From IMG/VR virus record IMGVR_UViG_3300046694_000299, positions 11,119-75,118 of that record: 64,000 bases of DNA. One strand, given 5' to 3'. This document shows, piece by piece, positions 16,038 to 23,570 of the stretch. The notes under the pieces are model-generated. The model saw nothing but the letters and a program-made list of their open reading frames with translations. It did not search any database and was not told the origin of the DNA. The DNA is from a virus. Positions within the stretch are counted from its first letter, which is position 1; every line of letters starts with the position of its first letter. The position numbers were made by a program, and so were the translations under genes.

Positions 16038-16396
16038 CAGGCATTCCTACGGAGCCGGTCTGCGGTGTCGCGGAGGAGGTCGAGGGCCTGCTGCTTGCCG
16101 TTGCCCTTGTAGTCGCACCAGGCGGCCAGCGAGGGGGCGGTGATGCGGGCTTCGATCGCCTTCTCGACGGCCGTGGTGAGTGGTGTAACGAGGTGGAGGG
16201 GCGTTCCATGGACGGCCACGTTGATCGCGCCGATCAGGTCGACTTCGCAGCGGTCAAGCGGGAGCCCGTTCCGGGCTTGCGGCGTGCTGTACAGGTACTT
16301 CTTGCAGAACCCGACGCGGACGATGTGGGCGCGGGCTTTGTCGAGGACGTCAGCGATCTCGGTCGTGGTGGTTGTGGTTGTGGTTGTGGTCGTCAT
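16034..16396 (-). CDS. hypothetical protein with N-terminal Thr11 tract (DUF6197-like from memory)
   Basis: 120-aa track ORF. Confidence 0.7.
   Translation of the reverse strand: MTTTTTTTTTTTEIADVLDKARAHIVRVGFCKKYLYSTPQARNGLPLDRCEVDLIGAINVAVHGTPLHLVTPLTTAVEKAIEARITAPSLAAWCDYKGNGKQQALDLLRDTADRLRRNAW
16368..16390. repeat. hexanucleotide tandem repeat (GTGGTT) about 3.8 copies
   Basis: Encodes most of the poly-Thr tract of 16034..16396. Confidence 0.9.
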
Positions 16397-16578
16397 CGCC
16401 CCTCCCCGATGGTGTCGAGGGCGAGGCGGACGGTGTGCCGGTCGTCGGAGCCGGCAGGGCGCTGGGCTCCGGCCAGGTCGGCGGCGGTGTCCATGTCGGC
16501 GTGGGTGACGGCGTCCGAGTCGTGGCGGCCGTGGTCCGCGAGCGTGCGGGCGGTGAGGTAGGCGTCGAGGGCGGTCAC
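16393..16578 (-). CDS. small hypothetical acidic protein
   Basis: 61-aa track ORF with GC-rich third positions. Overlaps both neighbours. Confidence 0.55.
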   Translation of the reverse strand: MTALDAYLTARTLADHGRHDSDAVTHADMDTAADLAGAQRPAGSDDRHTVRLALDTIGEGR

Positions 16579-16688
16579 TTGGTCCCCCTGGTGTTGTGGT
16601 CGGAGAGTCGACGGTTGCGGTGGTCGTCGCGGGCGCTGGCGAGGAGCAGGGCCACGGCTGCGACGGCGACGAATAGGCCGGTGATCAC
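16575..16688 (-). CDS. micro-ORF, membrane peptide (37 aa)
   Basis: VITGLFVAVAAVALLLASARDDHRNRRLSDHNTRGTK. GGAGG lies 5 nt upstream of GTG 16688. Confidence 0.4.
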   Translation of the reverse strand: MITGLFVAVAAVALLLASARDDHRNRRLSDHNTRGTK

Positions 16689-16924
16689 GGCGTCCTCCGG
16701 ATCTGGTCGGGCCGGATGCCGAGTGCGGCGAGGAGCTCGAGGACTCCGGCGTTGACGGCCGGGTCCTTGGCGATGACCGCGCCAGCGATCCGCGGCATCA
16801 CGTCGTCGAGCGGGTGCGGGTGCTCGGCGGCGACCTGGTCGGCGATGCGAACCGCGGCCCGGCGCTGCTCGTCTGCCTCCGCGATGGTCGGCTTCGGGCC
16901 GTAGTCGGCCAGCTCCATGCCCAT
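16685..16924 (-). CDS. hypothetical protein (79 aa)
   Basis: Trimmed to ATG 16924 (MGMELADYGPKPTIAE...). Confidence 0.55.
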   Translation of the reverse strand: MGMELADYGPKPTIAEADEQRRAAVRIADQVAAEHPHPLDDVMPRIAGAVIAKDPAVNAGVLELLAALGIRPDQIRRTP

Positions 16925-17118
16925 CAGGAGGCCTCCATCTGGCGGCGCCGCTGTCCTTCGCGGCAGATCGTGTACTGGGCGTGGAGGCGTTCGACGCGCT
17001 CGTAGTAGTCGCTGACCGTCCACGGCCTGGCGCCGAGCGCACGGCGCCGGAACTCCTTGTCGAGGCGGACCAGGGCAGCCTCTGCGGCGTCCGCGAGCGG
17101 GCGGGGTCCGGCGCTCAC
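16924..17118 (-). CDS. hypothetical protein (64 aa)
   Basis: Trimmed to GTG 17118, with a GTGA overlap with the upstream stop. Confidence 0.5.
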   Translation of the reverse strand: MSAGPRPLADAAEAALVRLDKEFRRRALGARPWTVSDYYERVERLHAQYTICREGQRRRQMEAS

Positions 17119-17444
17119 GCCGCCACCGCCTCGGGCCGCCAAGCCGGCTGACGGTGGTTGAGGTAGAGGACGAACGTGACGCCCGCATACCTGGTGACCG
17201 TGGTGGTGTGCCAGTTGAAGGCGCCCTCGCGGGTGTCCAGCTTGCTGTCGTCCACCTCGAACGCCTCGCACCAGGCGGCGAACGCTTCGGCGTCATGGTT
17301 GAACTGGACGTCAATGACCTGCTCGGCGCCCACCGTGGCGCCGCGGACGTGCAGCAAGGCGGCCGGGAGGGACGGGTGGTTGAGGGTGACGGACTCCAGG
17401 GCGCTGATCGCCGGGGTCATGTCGGTCATGGTCAGAGCGGTCAC
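17115..17444 (-). CDS. hypothetical protein
   Basis: 109-aa track ORF. Confidence 0.65.
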   Translation of the reverse strand: MTALTMTDMTPAISALESVTLNHPSLPAALLHVRGATVGAEQVIDVQFNHDAEAFAAWCEAFEVDDSKLDTREGAFNWHTTTVTRYAGVTFVLYLNHRQPAWRPEAVAA

Positions 17445-17647
17445 GGCTTCTCCTCGGGCGTGCAGGTGCAGTTCTCGGGGTGGGCGCAGGCGAGGAGGTC
17501 GAAGACCTGCTCGTACCAGGCGGCGGGCTGCAGGGCCGTGACGTGGCCGAGCGGCGGTGTGGCGAGCAGCGAGTTCAGGCGGGCATCCGCCTCCACGACG
17601 CTGCTGCTCACGTCCAGGTCGGAGATCGGGCGCGGGGTCGTCGTCAT
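17441..17647 (-). CDS. hypothetical protein (68 aa)
   Basis: Trimmed to ATG 17647, with a GGAGG SD. Confidence 0.55.
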   Translation of the reverse strand: MTTTPRPISDLDVSSSVVEADARLNSLLATPPLGHVTALQPAAWYEQVFDLLACAHPENCTCTPEEKP

Positions 17648-17889
17648 CGCCCGGCCTCCGCTCCGTCGCGCGGGGCGAGCCCGGGGGCGCCCAGCTCGAC
17701 GATCAGCGCGTCCAGCACGTCGGTTGCCGCGGTCGCGCCCGTCACCGGCATGTAGGCCGAGAACGTGCGGATCAGGTCCGTGCGGAGCTGCTGCCAGCGG
17801 GGCTTGGCGGGCGCAGGCCCGGCGGGCATCGGCAGGGCGCCCATGACCTCCACGGCCGTGGCCAGGTCGATGATCGGCTCGGCGCTCAT
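17644..17889 (-). CDS. hypothetical protein (81 aa)
   Basis: Trimmed to ATG 17889, with an ATGA overlap. Confidence 0.55.
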   Translation of the reverse strand: MSAEPIIDLATAVEVMGALPMPAGPAPAKPRWQQLRTDLIRTFSAYMPVTGATAATDVLDALIVELGAPGLAPRDGAEAGR

Positions 17890-18134
17890 GCCGCATCTCC
17901 GATCCGGACGATGAGCCCCGGGTTGCAGGCGGCGAGCACCTTGTTCGCGGCGGCGACACGGGCCAGCGCGTCCTCCCGGTCCTCGCGGTACAGCGGGGCC
18001 CGGAAGCGGCGAACGTCCTCGACGGCGACACGGGCCTCCTCGACCGCGTGCAAGACGCGGAGCGGGAGCTGGCCGCCAGTGCGGGCAGCGACGTGATCCG
18101 ACATCGGGACGTCGGGAAGGTTCATCGTGATCAC
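17886..18134 (-). CDS. hypothetical protein
   Basis: 82-aa track ORF. GTG start overlaps the upstream stop. Confidence 0.6.
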   Translation of the reverse strand: MITMNLPDVPMSDHVAARTGGQLPLRVLHAVEEARVAVEDVRRFRAPLYREDREDALARVAAANKVLAACNPGLIVRIGDAA

Positions 18135-18913
18135 GACGCCTCCCCAAGACCGAGCTGGGTGGGGTCGGCCGTAGCGTTGTCGCAGAAGCGGGCGATGTCC
18201 TCGAAGGACTCGGCCTCCGTGCGGTGAGTGATCAGGTAGAGCGTGCGGTAGTTCAGCTCAAACTCCGCAGCGTTCCTCCGTGCCAGCCCGACTGCCGCGC
18301 CACGGGTGGCCAGGTAGCGTTCGGCCGCCGTAGGGTCTTCCACGGCCCACGCGGCCGGCTCCATCGACACGGCTTCCTTGGCCAGGTCGAAGAGGGCGTC
18401 GCTGGCGGCCCACCGGTTGCTGTCGTTGGCGAGGGAGCTGACGAGCTTCGCTCGGTCGGTCAGTTCGCCCAGCCGGTCCATGGCGACGCGGTGCTCGCGA
18501 CCGGCGCGGAGCTGTGCAGCCACTGCGCGATAGCGGTCCTGGCGCACGTCGAGTTCGGACTCGGTGACCCGGGTGTACGGAAGACCCTGGGCGTATTCGA
18601 CGATGGCGTCGAAGTCGGCCGCTTCAAAGGCTTCGCGCCCCACCGCTGAGGTCCAGCGCTCCGCACAGAAGGCGATCAGCGCGTCTTCGTTCGCCTTGAA
18701 TTCGGTGCAGGGTACGGACGTCCAGGACCGGATCACGGAGTGCCCGTGAGCCTGCGCGGCGTGTCCGTGTTCCTTGAAGCGGTTCGCCGGGTTCCCGGTC
18801 TGCCCAACCTTGACCGTCCCGCTGGTGAACTCCAGGACGTAGACGTGGCGCTCCAGACCGGTACGGATGTTCTCGCGTTCGCGAGCTAGGCGATCGTGCG
18901 AGTATGTGGACAA
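18131..18913 (-). CDS. T5orf172 / GIY-YIG-like domain protein
   Basis: TTG start with an AGGAG SD. 'VYVLEFTSGTVKVGQTGNPANRFKEH' fits the pattern. It is the first gene of the long early operon. Confidence 0.7.
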   Translation of the reverse strand: MSTYSHDRLARERENIRTGLERHVYVLEFTSGTVKVGQTGNPANRFKEHGHAAQAHGHSVIRSWTSVPCTEFKANEDALIAFCAERWTSAVGREAFEAADFDAIVEYAQGLPYTRVTESELDVRQDRYRAVAAQLRAGREHRVAMDRLGELTDRAKLVSSLANDSNRWAASDALFDLAKEAVSMEPAAWAVEDPTAAERYLATRGAAVGLARRNAAEFELNYRTLYLITHRTEAESFEDIARFCDNATADPTQLGLGEAS

Positions 18914-19016
18914 GGTCCACTCCTGTTCTCTCTCAGATTCCGTGGGTGGATCGCGCGGCGTGAGCCGCGGTGGCCCCGGCTGTCGGTGTGCGAACCGGCG
19001 GTTGGGGCCGCGGCCG

Positions 19017-19244
19017 TTAGGCGGCGCTGTGGCTCATCTCGCTGGCGCCGGCGTGGTCGCCGTTCATCCAGGCGTCGAGTTCGCTGATCTTGTAGCGGTA
19101 GCGGCGGGCGCCGTGGCGCTTGCTTTCCGGTCCGATGGCGTCGCGTCGCCAGCGGTAGAGGGTGACGACGTGGACGCCCAGGTAGTCGGCGGCGTCTTCA
19201 CTCCAGAGCCAGCCCTTCGGCGGGGGCTTGGGCTTGTTCGGCAT
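19017..19244 (-). CDS. xis: excisionase-like (MerR/Xis-type HTH) protein
   Basis: Trimmed to ATG 19244, with a GAGGAA SD. 'WSEDAADYLGVHVVTLYRWRRDAIGP' fits the pattern. Confidence 0.75.
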   Translation of the reverse strand: MPNKPKPPPKGWLWSEDAADYLGVHVVTLYRWRRDAIGPESKRHGARRYRYKISELDAWMNGDHAGASEMSHSAA

Positions 19245-19248
19245 TGGT

Positions 19249-19545
19249 CTATTCCTCACTGATGGGGGTGGGGGGACGAGACGTTTGGTTCAGTTCCGGA
19301 GACGGCGGGGGCGCGAAAAGGGGGAAGATCGCGCTACCGACGGCCTCCGCGAGGGCTGTTGCGTCATCGACGTCAGCGTTGCCTTGCCTGCCGGTCAGGA
19401 GCTTCTCTATGACGCCCTGACCAACCCCTGACTCTTCAGCCAGACCGCGGACCGAGAAGGGCTTCCCTCGGCCCGGAAATTCCATGTAGTGCTTGAGAAG
19501 CTGGACGCTCCGTAGGGTCCAGCGTCGGCTTGCATGTCGGCTCAC
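19249..19545 (-). CDS. XRE-family HTH regulator (cro-like position); start uncertain
   Basis: 'FSVRGLAEESGVGQGVIEKLLTGRQ' is HTH-like. Start could be GTG 19545 or ATG 19665. Third-position GC is low. Confidence 0.6.
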   Translation of the reverse strand: MSRHASRRWTLRSVQLLKHYMEFPGRGKPFSVRGLAEESGVGQGVIEKLLTGRQGNADVDDATALAEAVGSAIFPLFAPPPSPELNQTSRPPTPISEE

Positions 19546-19787
19546 AATGCCCCCGAGTGGTGCGGTGTGTTTGCCTAACACAGCAAAGCACAGTGGAGCC
19601 GTTTCGTCTACAGATCCGAGACGACCGGGGGTCGAGTATCGGCAGGAGTCTTGGCTGGATAGCATCGACTTGTAGACGAACTGTCTCGGATCCGGGAAGG
19701 TTGTACTGACTGACCTGGTAATTTTCGGGCGCCCGCACGTATCTACAGAGACAGTCGGTATCTGACGTGACCCGAGAGGAAGAGGAC
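19546..19787. promoter_or_regulatory. divergent switch region between cro-like and repressor-like genes
   Basis: AT-richer than its surroundings. Half-sites tgtaga/actgtc (19671-19688) recur as tctaca/gacagt (19743-19756). Confidence 0.4.
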
Positions 19788-20219
19788 ATGACGGCAGCGG
19801 CCCCCGACCGGGCAACCGGTACGGACGAGCCGAGTCCCCGGGGTGCGCTCTCGCAGCTCATCCAGGACGCGAACGACCGAGGCCTCTCCTACCAGAAGAT
19901 GTCCGAGCGTGCCGTCGACCCCGAGTCCGGCACCAGGCTGTCCAAGCCCTACCTTCAACGGCTCGTCGCCAACCCGCCGGCGAACTCCCCCAGCCCCAAG
20001 CAGATCAAGGCCCTCTCCAGGGCCCTCAATGTGAGCGAGCGGCGCCTCAAGGCCGCCGCAGCATCGCAGTGGCTGGAATACGAGGCCACGGAACTTGCGG
20101 GCTACAACGACAACGTTCGCATCATCGTGGGCCACCTGGCGGGCATGTCTGAGCCTGAGCTGCGGCGTTGGCGCGCGATGATCGAAGCCGACGAGCGCGC
20201 GCGGAACGACAACGAGTAG
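19788..20219 (+). CDS. repressor-like HTH protein
   Basis: ATG 19788 lies behind GAGGAAGAGG. 'GLSYQKMSERA' is HTH-like. It is transcribed with the integrase. Confidence 0.7.
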   Translation: MTAAAPDRATGTDEPSPRGALSQLIQDANDRGLSYQKMSERAVDPESGTRLSKPYLQRLVANPPANSPSPKQIKALSRALNVSERRLKAAAASQWLEYEATELAGYNDNVRIIVGHLAGMSEPELRRWRAMIEADERARNDNE

Positions 20220-20377
20220 CGGCGGCGTCGCGTCCCGCGTAGCAGGTTGACCGAAAAAGTCCCCAAGTAGACATTCTCTTCAACTGATTGTCGACGCCTG
20301 CTCACTCGGCGTACCCTTCCACAACCGTGCGCGTCCGGCGCATTGCGCCCACGCGTACCGTGACACCGGGAGGGTGC

Positions 20378-20827
20378 ATGCTGCGCGTCGTCTACGAAGC
20401 AACCAGAGACCTCGACCCAGGCCGGATCGTCGAAATCCGCGAATCCCGCGGACACATCAGCGTCAAGATCAATCCGGACGCCCCGGCAGAGCAGTACACC
20501 GGGGCCCTCAACGCCACGCTCAAGGCGTTCCTCGCCCACTGCGGCTGGTTCCAGATCTGGCGAGGCCAGATCATCAGCGCCGACTCCCCCGAGAGCCCGC
20601 TCACCGTCGAGTACGAACCCGACGACAAGATAGATCGCGTCCGGTGCGTAGAGGTCCGTGAATCGTGCGGACTCGTCAAGGTTCACGTCTCAACCAGCGC
20701 TACAACGGAAGAATTCGTTCGCGCCCTGAACCTCGCCACCGAGCGCTTCCTGGCCGGCGGACAGTGGTTCCAACTGTGGCACGGGGAGATCATCACCATG
20801 GACTCGCCCGACAGCCGCGCCGCCTGA
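20378..20827 (+). CDS. unknown protein made of two homologous ~72-aa halves
   Basis: ATG 20378 lies behind GGGAGG. The halves share VE(I/V)RES.G, ALN, FLA..(G)WFQ(I/L)W.G.II..DSP(E/D)S. Confidence 0.7.
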   Translation: MLRVVYEATRDLDPGRIVEIRESRGHISVKINPDAPAEQYTGALNATLKAFLAHCGWFQIWRGQIISADSPESPLTVEYEPDDKIDRVRCVEVRESCGLVKVHVSTSATTEEFVRALNLATERFLAGGQWFQLWHGEIITMDSPDSRAA

Positions 20828-20851
20828 CGCGAACCACGAAGTGGACACCGC

Positions 20852-22144
20852 ATGCCCGGATACATCGAAGACCGCTGGTACAAGAAGGGCCCCGACGGGA
20901 AGCGAAGCCTGCCCACCGACCGCAACGGCCAGGGCAAGCGCTACAAGGTCGCCGGAATCCCCGGCGTCCGGGCCCGCTCCTTCGACAACCTGACGGGCGC
21001 GAAGGGGGCAAAGGCCTGGCTGGCGAAGGCCCAGCATCAGGCGTCGGCAGGGGAGTTCATCGATCCGCGCCGCGGCGAAATCCTCCTCCGGGACTACATC
21101 GAGGAGGAGTGGTGGCCGAACAAAGGCTACGACGACCCGGCGACGGCGAACACGGTGCACAGCCGGGTCTGGACGCACGTCATCCCGCACCTCGGCAACC
21201 TGCAGCTGAACGCGGTCAAGACGCCCCAGCTGAAACGCTGGCTCGCCGAGCTCAAAGGCGGCGTCGGCCCGGGGACGGTCAACGAGGCCTGGCACTACCT
21301 GGCTTCGATCCTGCAGTCGGCAGTCGATGACGAACGGATCACCAAGAACTACTGCCGTTCCCAGCAGTCGGTGCGGCCTCCCTCGCGGCCGTCACCGAAG
21401 CCGCGCGCCTGGAGCAAGGAGCGGGTACTCGACGTTCAGAAGGCGATGGACCCGCGGTTCCAGATCGCCGTCGACATCGGCGTCGGGGCCGGCCTGAGGG
21501 CGGGCGAGGTCTTCGGGCTCGCCCTGGAGGACATCGACGAGGAGAACGAGCGGATCCACGTCAGGCGGCAGATCAAGAAGGTCGGGTCCAAGCTCTGCTA
21601 CGCGCTGCCGAAGGGGCAGAAGACGCGGGACGTGCCGGTGCCCTCGTATCTCCTGAAGCGTATTTCGGATCATCTGGCTGCACGGCCCGCGCAGTTGGTG
21701 AAGCTGCCATGGTCGAACCCCGCCCCGGGCGAGACGGAGCGCGAGAAGGAGCTGCGGGAGCCGCGGGAGCACGCGCTCATCCTTCCCGGACCGAACGGGG
21801 GCGGGATGCGCCGAGACGCCTGGGACACGCGCATCTGGAAGCCGGCCCTTTCGGGGGCGGGCGTCATCGGGCCGCCTGAGGTAACGAAGCAGCCGGTCCG
21901 GTCGCGCCCCGGCGTGACCCGCACGGTGAAGACTTACGCGGAGAGCCGGGAGAACGGCTTCCATGCCCTACGGCACACGTTCGCGTCGGTGCAGCTGGAT
22001 GCGCGGGAGCCGATCGTGGCAGTCTCTCAGTGGCTGGGGCACGAGAACGCGTCGATCACGCTGAGGATCTACGCGCACATGATGCCGGAGGCGGACGGGC
22101 GGGGCCGCACGGCGATGCAGAACTGGTTCGAGGGATCTTCCTAA
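20852..22144 (+). CDS. int: tyrosine integrase
   Basis: 430 aa. Catalytic pattern AGLRAGEV ... HALRHTF ... LGHENASITLRIYAH. Confidence 0.92.
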   Translation: MPGYIEDRWYKKGPDGKRSLPTDRNGQGKRYKVAGIPGVRARSFDNLTGAKGAKAWLAKAQHQASAGEFIDPRRGEILLRDYIEEEWWPNKGYDDPATANTVHSRVWTHVIPHLGNLQLNAVKTPQLKRWLAELKGGVGPGTVNEAWHYLASILQSAVDDERITKNYCRSQQSVRPPSRPSPKPRAWSKERVLDVQKAMDPRFQIAVDIGVGAGLRAGEVFGLALEDIDEENERIHVRRQIKKVGSKLCYALPKGQKTRDVPVPSYLLKRISDHLAARPAQLVKLPWSNPAPGETEREKELREPREHALILPGPNGGGMRRDAWDTRIWKPALSGAGVIGPPEVTKQPVRSRPGVTRTVKTYAESRENGFHALRHTFASVQLDAREPIVAVSQWLGHENASITLRIYAHMMPEADGRGRTAMQNWFEGSS

Positions 22145-22151
22145 AAGATCT
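22133..22151. promoter_or_regulatory. core-like palindrome overlapping the int stop codon
   Basis: gGATCTT-cctaa-AAGATCt. AT-rich in a GC-rich genome. Confidence 0.35.
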
Positions 22152-22167
22152 CCCCAGGCGCTCCCCG
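22149..22167 (+). repeat. 19-bp direct repeat, copy 1 (tctccccaggcgctccccg)
   Basis: Matches 22523-22541 with 1 mismatch. A third gcgctcccc lies at 22503-22511. Confidence 0.7.
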
Positions 22168-22188
22168 CGCGAGTTGGATCATGCAAGT

Positions 22189-22221
22189 GAGGGCCGCTCC
22201 CGCACCACGGGAACGGCCCTC
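22189..22221 (+). terminator. hairpin after int (8-bp stem, long loop)
   Basis: gagggccg ... cggccctc. Confidence 0.4.
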
Positions 22222-22522
22222 ATGTCATGTTCAGCGAATCCCTACGAGGCCCAGCGCACGCTTCTGACCTGGGGAAAGGCTCGACGGGAAGTACAGATAG
22301 CAGACCCCGCCCGTACCGGAGACGACGTTCCCGGAGGCGTTGTACCTCTTGGTACGGAGCCAGATGTTCTCCATATGTCATCGCCAGGGAGCGTGACTTG
22401 GGGCTTTGGCTCGGTGAGTCTCCGTCACCCCGCTGACCAGCGAAGCACTGGAGAACTTAGCGGAACACAGTCGAACGGTACCGAGTAACCTGGCGCCCCC
22501 CGAGCGCTCCCCCGCCGCCCAT

Positions 22523-22541
22523 TCTCCCCAGACGCTCCCCG
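22523..22541 (+). repeat. 19-bp direct repeat, copy 2 (tctccccagacgctccccg)
   Basis: See copy 1. Confidence 0.7.
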
Positions 22542-22567
22542 GAAATCCACCCCTACCGGCCCTCCGG

Positions 22568-22819
22568 TCAGGCCTGTTGCCCATCCTGCGAGTCTGCCAG
22601 GTGTCCCGGGGAGTAGGGCTCGCCGTGGCGCAGGGCGGTCGCCTGACGGTGCGCCTCCATGTCGACTACGCACTCGCTGCAAGCTCGAACGTCCTGCAGC
22701 CCTCCTGCCGGCGGGCGGATCGTTTCGACGTGGGCCGTCGGCACCTCGCCTTTGGAGGGATGCCGGAAGCAGACCCCTGGCTCCCACTCGTAGAGGTCGA
22801 GGATCTGCTGTCGGTCCAT
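22568..22819 (-). CDS. hypothetical Cys-containing protein
   Basis: 83-aa track ORF with a GGGAGA SD. About 81% third-position GC (hand count). Confidence 0.6.
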   Translation of the reverse strand: MDRQQILDLYEWEPGVCFRHPSKGEVPTAHVETIRPPAGGLQDVRACSECVVDMEAHRQATALRHGEPYSPGHLADSQDGQQA

Positions 22820-22926
22820 GTGCCGTCTCCCGCTGGCGGTGCGTGGTCGGGGGTCTGTGGGGGTGAGGCGCTAGTTCCCGGCTTGCTCAACGGGATGCGC
22901 GTGTGGGGAGTTGTTCACCCTTTCGG

Positions 22927-22942
22927 GGGAACGGGCGTTCGA
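22927..22942. promoter_or_regulatory. SOS-box-like site GGGAAC-GGGC-GTTCGA
   Basis: 10/12 match to the actinobacterial LexA box TCGAAC-N4-GTTCGA, with a perfect right half. Confidence 0.35.
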
Positions 22943-22958
22943 ATCCAGAACACTACCC

Positions 22959-22996
22959 CGAGCCCTGCGGCATATGCCAGAGCGTCGCAGGGCTCG
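22959..22996. other. hairpin, 11-bp perfect stem, 16-nt loop
   Basis: cgagccctgcg / cgcagggctcg in a non-coding stretch. Confidence 0.6.
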
Positions 22997-23086
22997 CACG
23001 TTGTGTAGCTGAGGCGCCGCCCCTGTGGAGCGGCTCCTACTCCTGCTCTACGGCGGGGAGCTGACGGTCCGTCGCAGACGAAGGCA

Positions 23087-23096
23087 AGATCTTTTA
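23087..23096. repeat. AT-rich 10-mer agatctttta, inverted partner of taaaagatct at 22142-22151
   Basis: Perfect reverse complement. About 0.94 kb separates the two copies. Confidence 0.6.
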
Positions 23097-23112
23097 ATGC
23101 CTCAAATCTGCT

Positions 23113-23140
23113 GCTGACTTATGATCATGATCGGTAAGAG
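23113..23140 (+). promoter_or_regulatory. putative promoter with atgatcat palindrome in the spacer
   Basis: ctgact - 16-nt spacer (contains atgatcat) - TAAGAG, then 9 nt to GTG 23150. Confidence 0.4.
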
Positions 23141-23149
23141 GTTGGTCGC

Positions 23150-23380
23150 GTGCCAGCCGATCAGCCCGAGTGGGTCCTCGACGCCCGCCGAGCCACCGGC
23201 GACCGCATCCGCATACGCCGGCTGCACCAGAACATGACGCAGGAGACCCTCGCCTACACCAGCGGCGTCGACCGGTCGACGATCCAGCGCATGGAAGCCG
23301 GCAGCGAGATGAAACTCAGCCACCTGCTGCTGGTTGCCGAAGCACTGAGGCTGCACGTCACCGACCTCCTTCACGGCTAA
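23150..23380 (+). CDS. XRE-family HTH regulator
   Basis: 'MTQETLAYTSGVDRSTIQRMEAG' is a classic HTH_3 pattern. Confidence 0.8.
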   Translation: MPADQPEWVLDARRATGDRIRIRRLHQNMTQETLAYTSGVDRSTIQRMEAGSEMKLSHLLLVAEALRLHVTDLLHG

Positions 23381-23570
23381 ACGGTTTACGCCCGGCAACG
23401 GTTGACCGTGCGACTGAACCAGAGTCAACAGCACGTTAGGCCTCAATGGAAGCGTGGGCGCTGCATATTTGTGTGCGACCTGCGTGCACCCCGCACGTTT
23501 CTGTTACCGCAGGTCAGGCGGTGGCCACGGCTTACCTGACAGGCAAGTTCAAGGTCCAGGACAACGGCGG

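Noticed and set aside
22227-22436. 69-aa plus-strand ORF in the region after int
   Set aside because: It has an Arg/Ser-rich translation, no SD and mixed codon bias. The stretch is better treated as non-coding.
22931-22950. GTTCGAATCC looked like a tRNA T-loop, suggesting a tRNA or tRNA-derived att core next to the integrase
   Set aside because: The flanking bases (gggcg / ccaga) cannot form a T-stem. I could build no acceptor or anticodon arm on either strand. I re-read the site as a possible SOS-box half-site instead.
23102-23446. 114-aa minus-strand ORF
   Set aside because: It is antisense to the XRE gene 23150..23380, which has a textbook HTH. It has no SD and poor sequence character.
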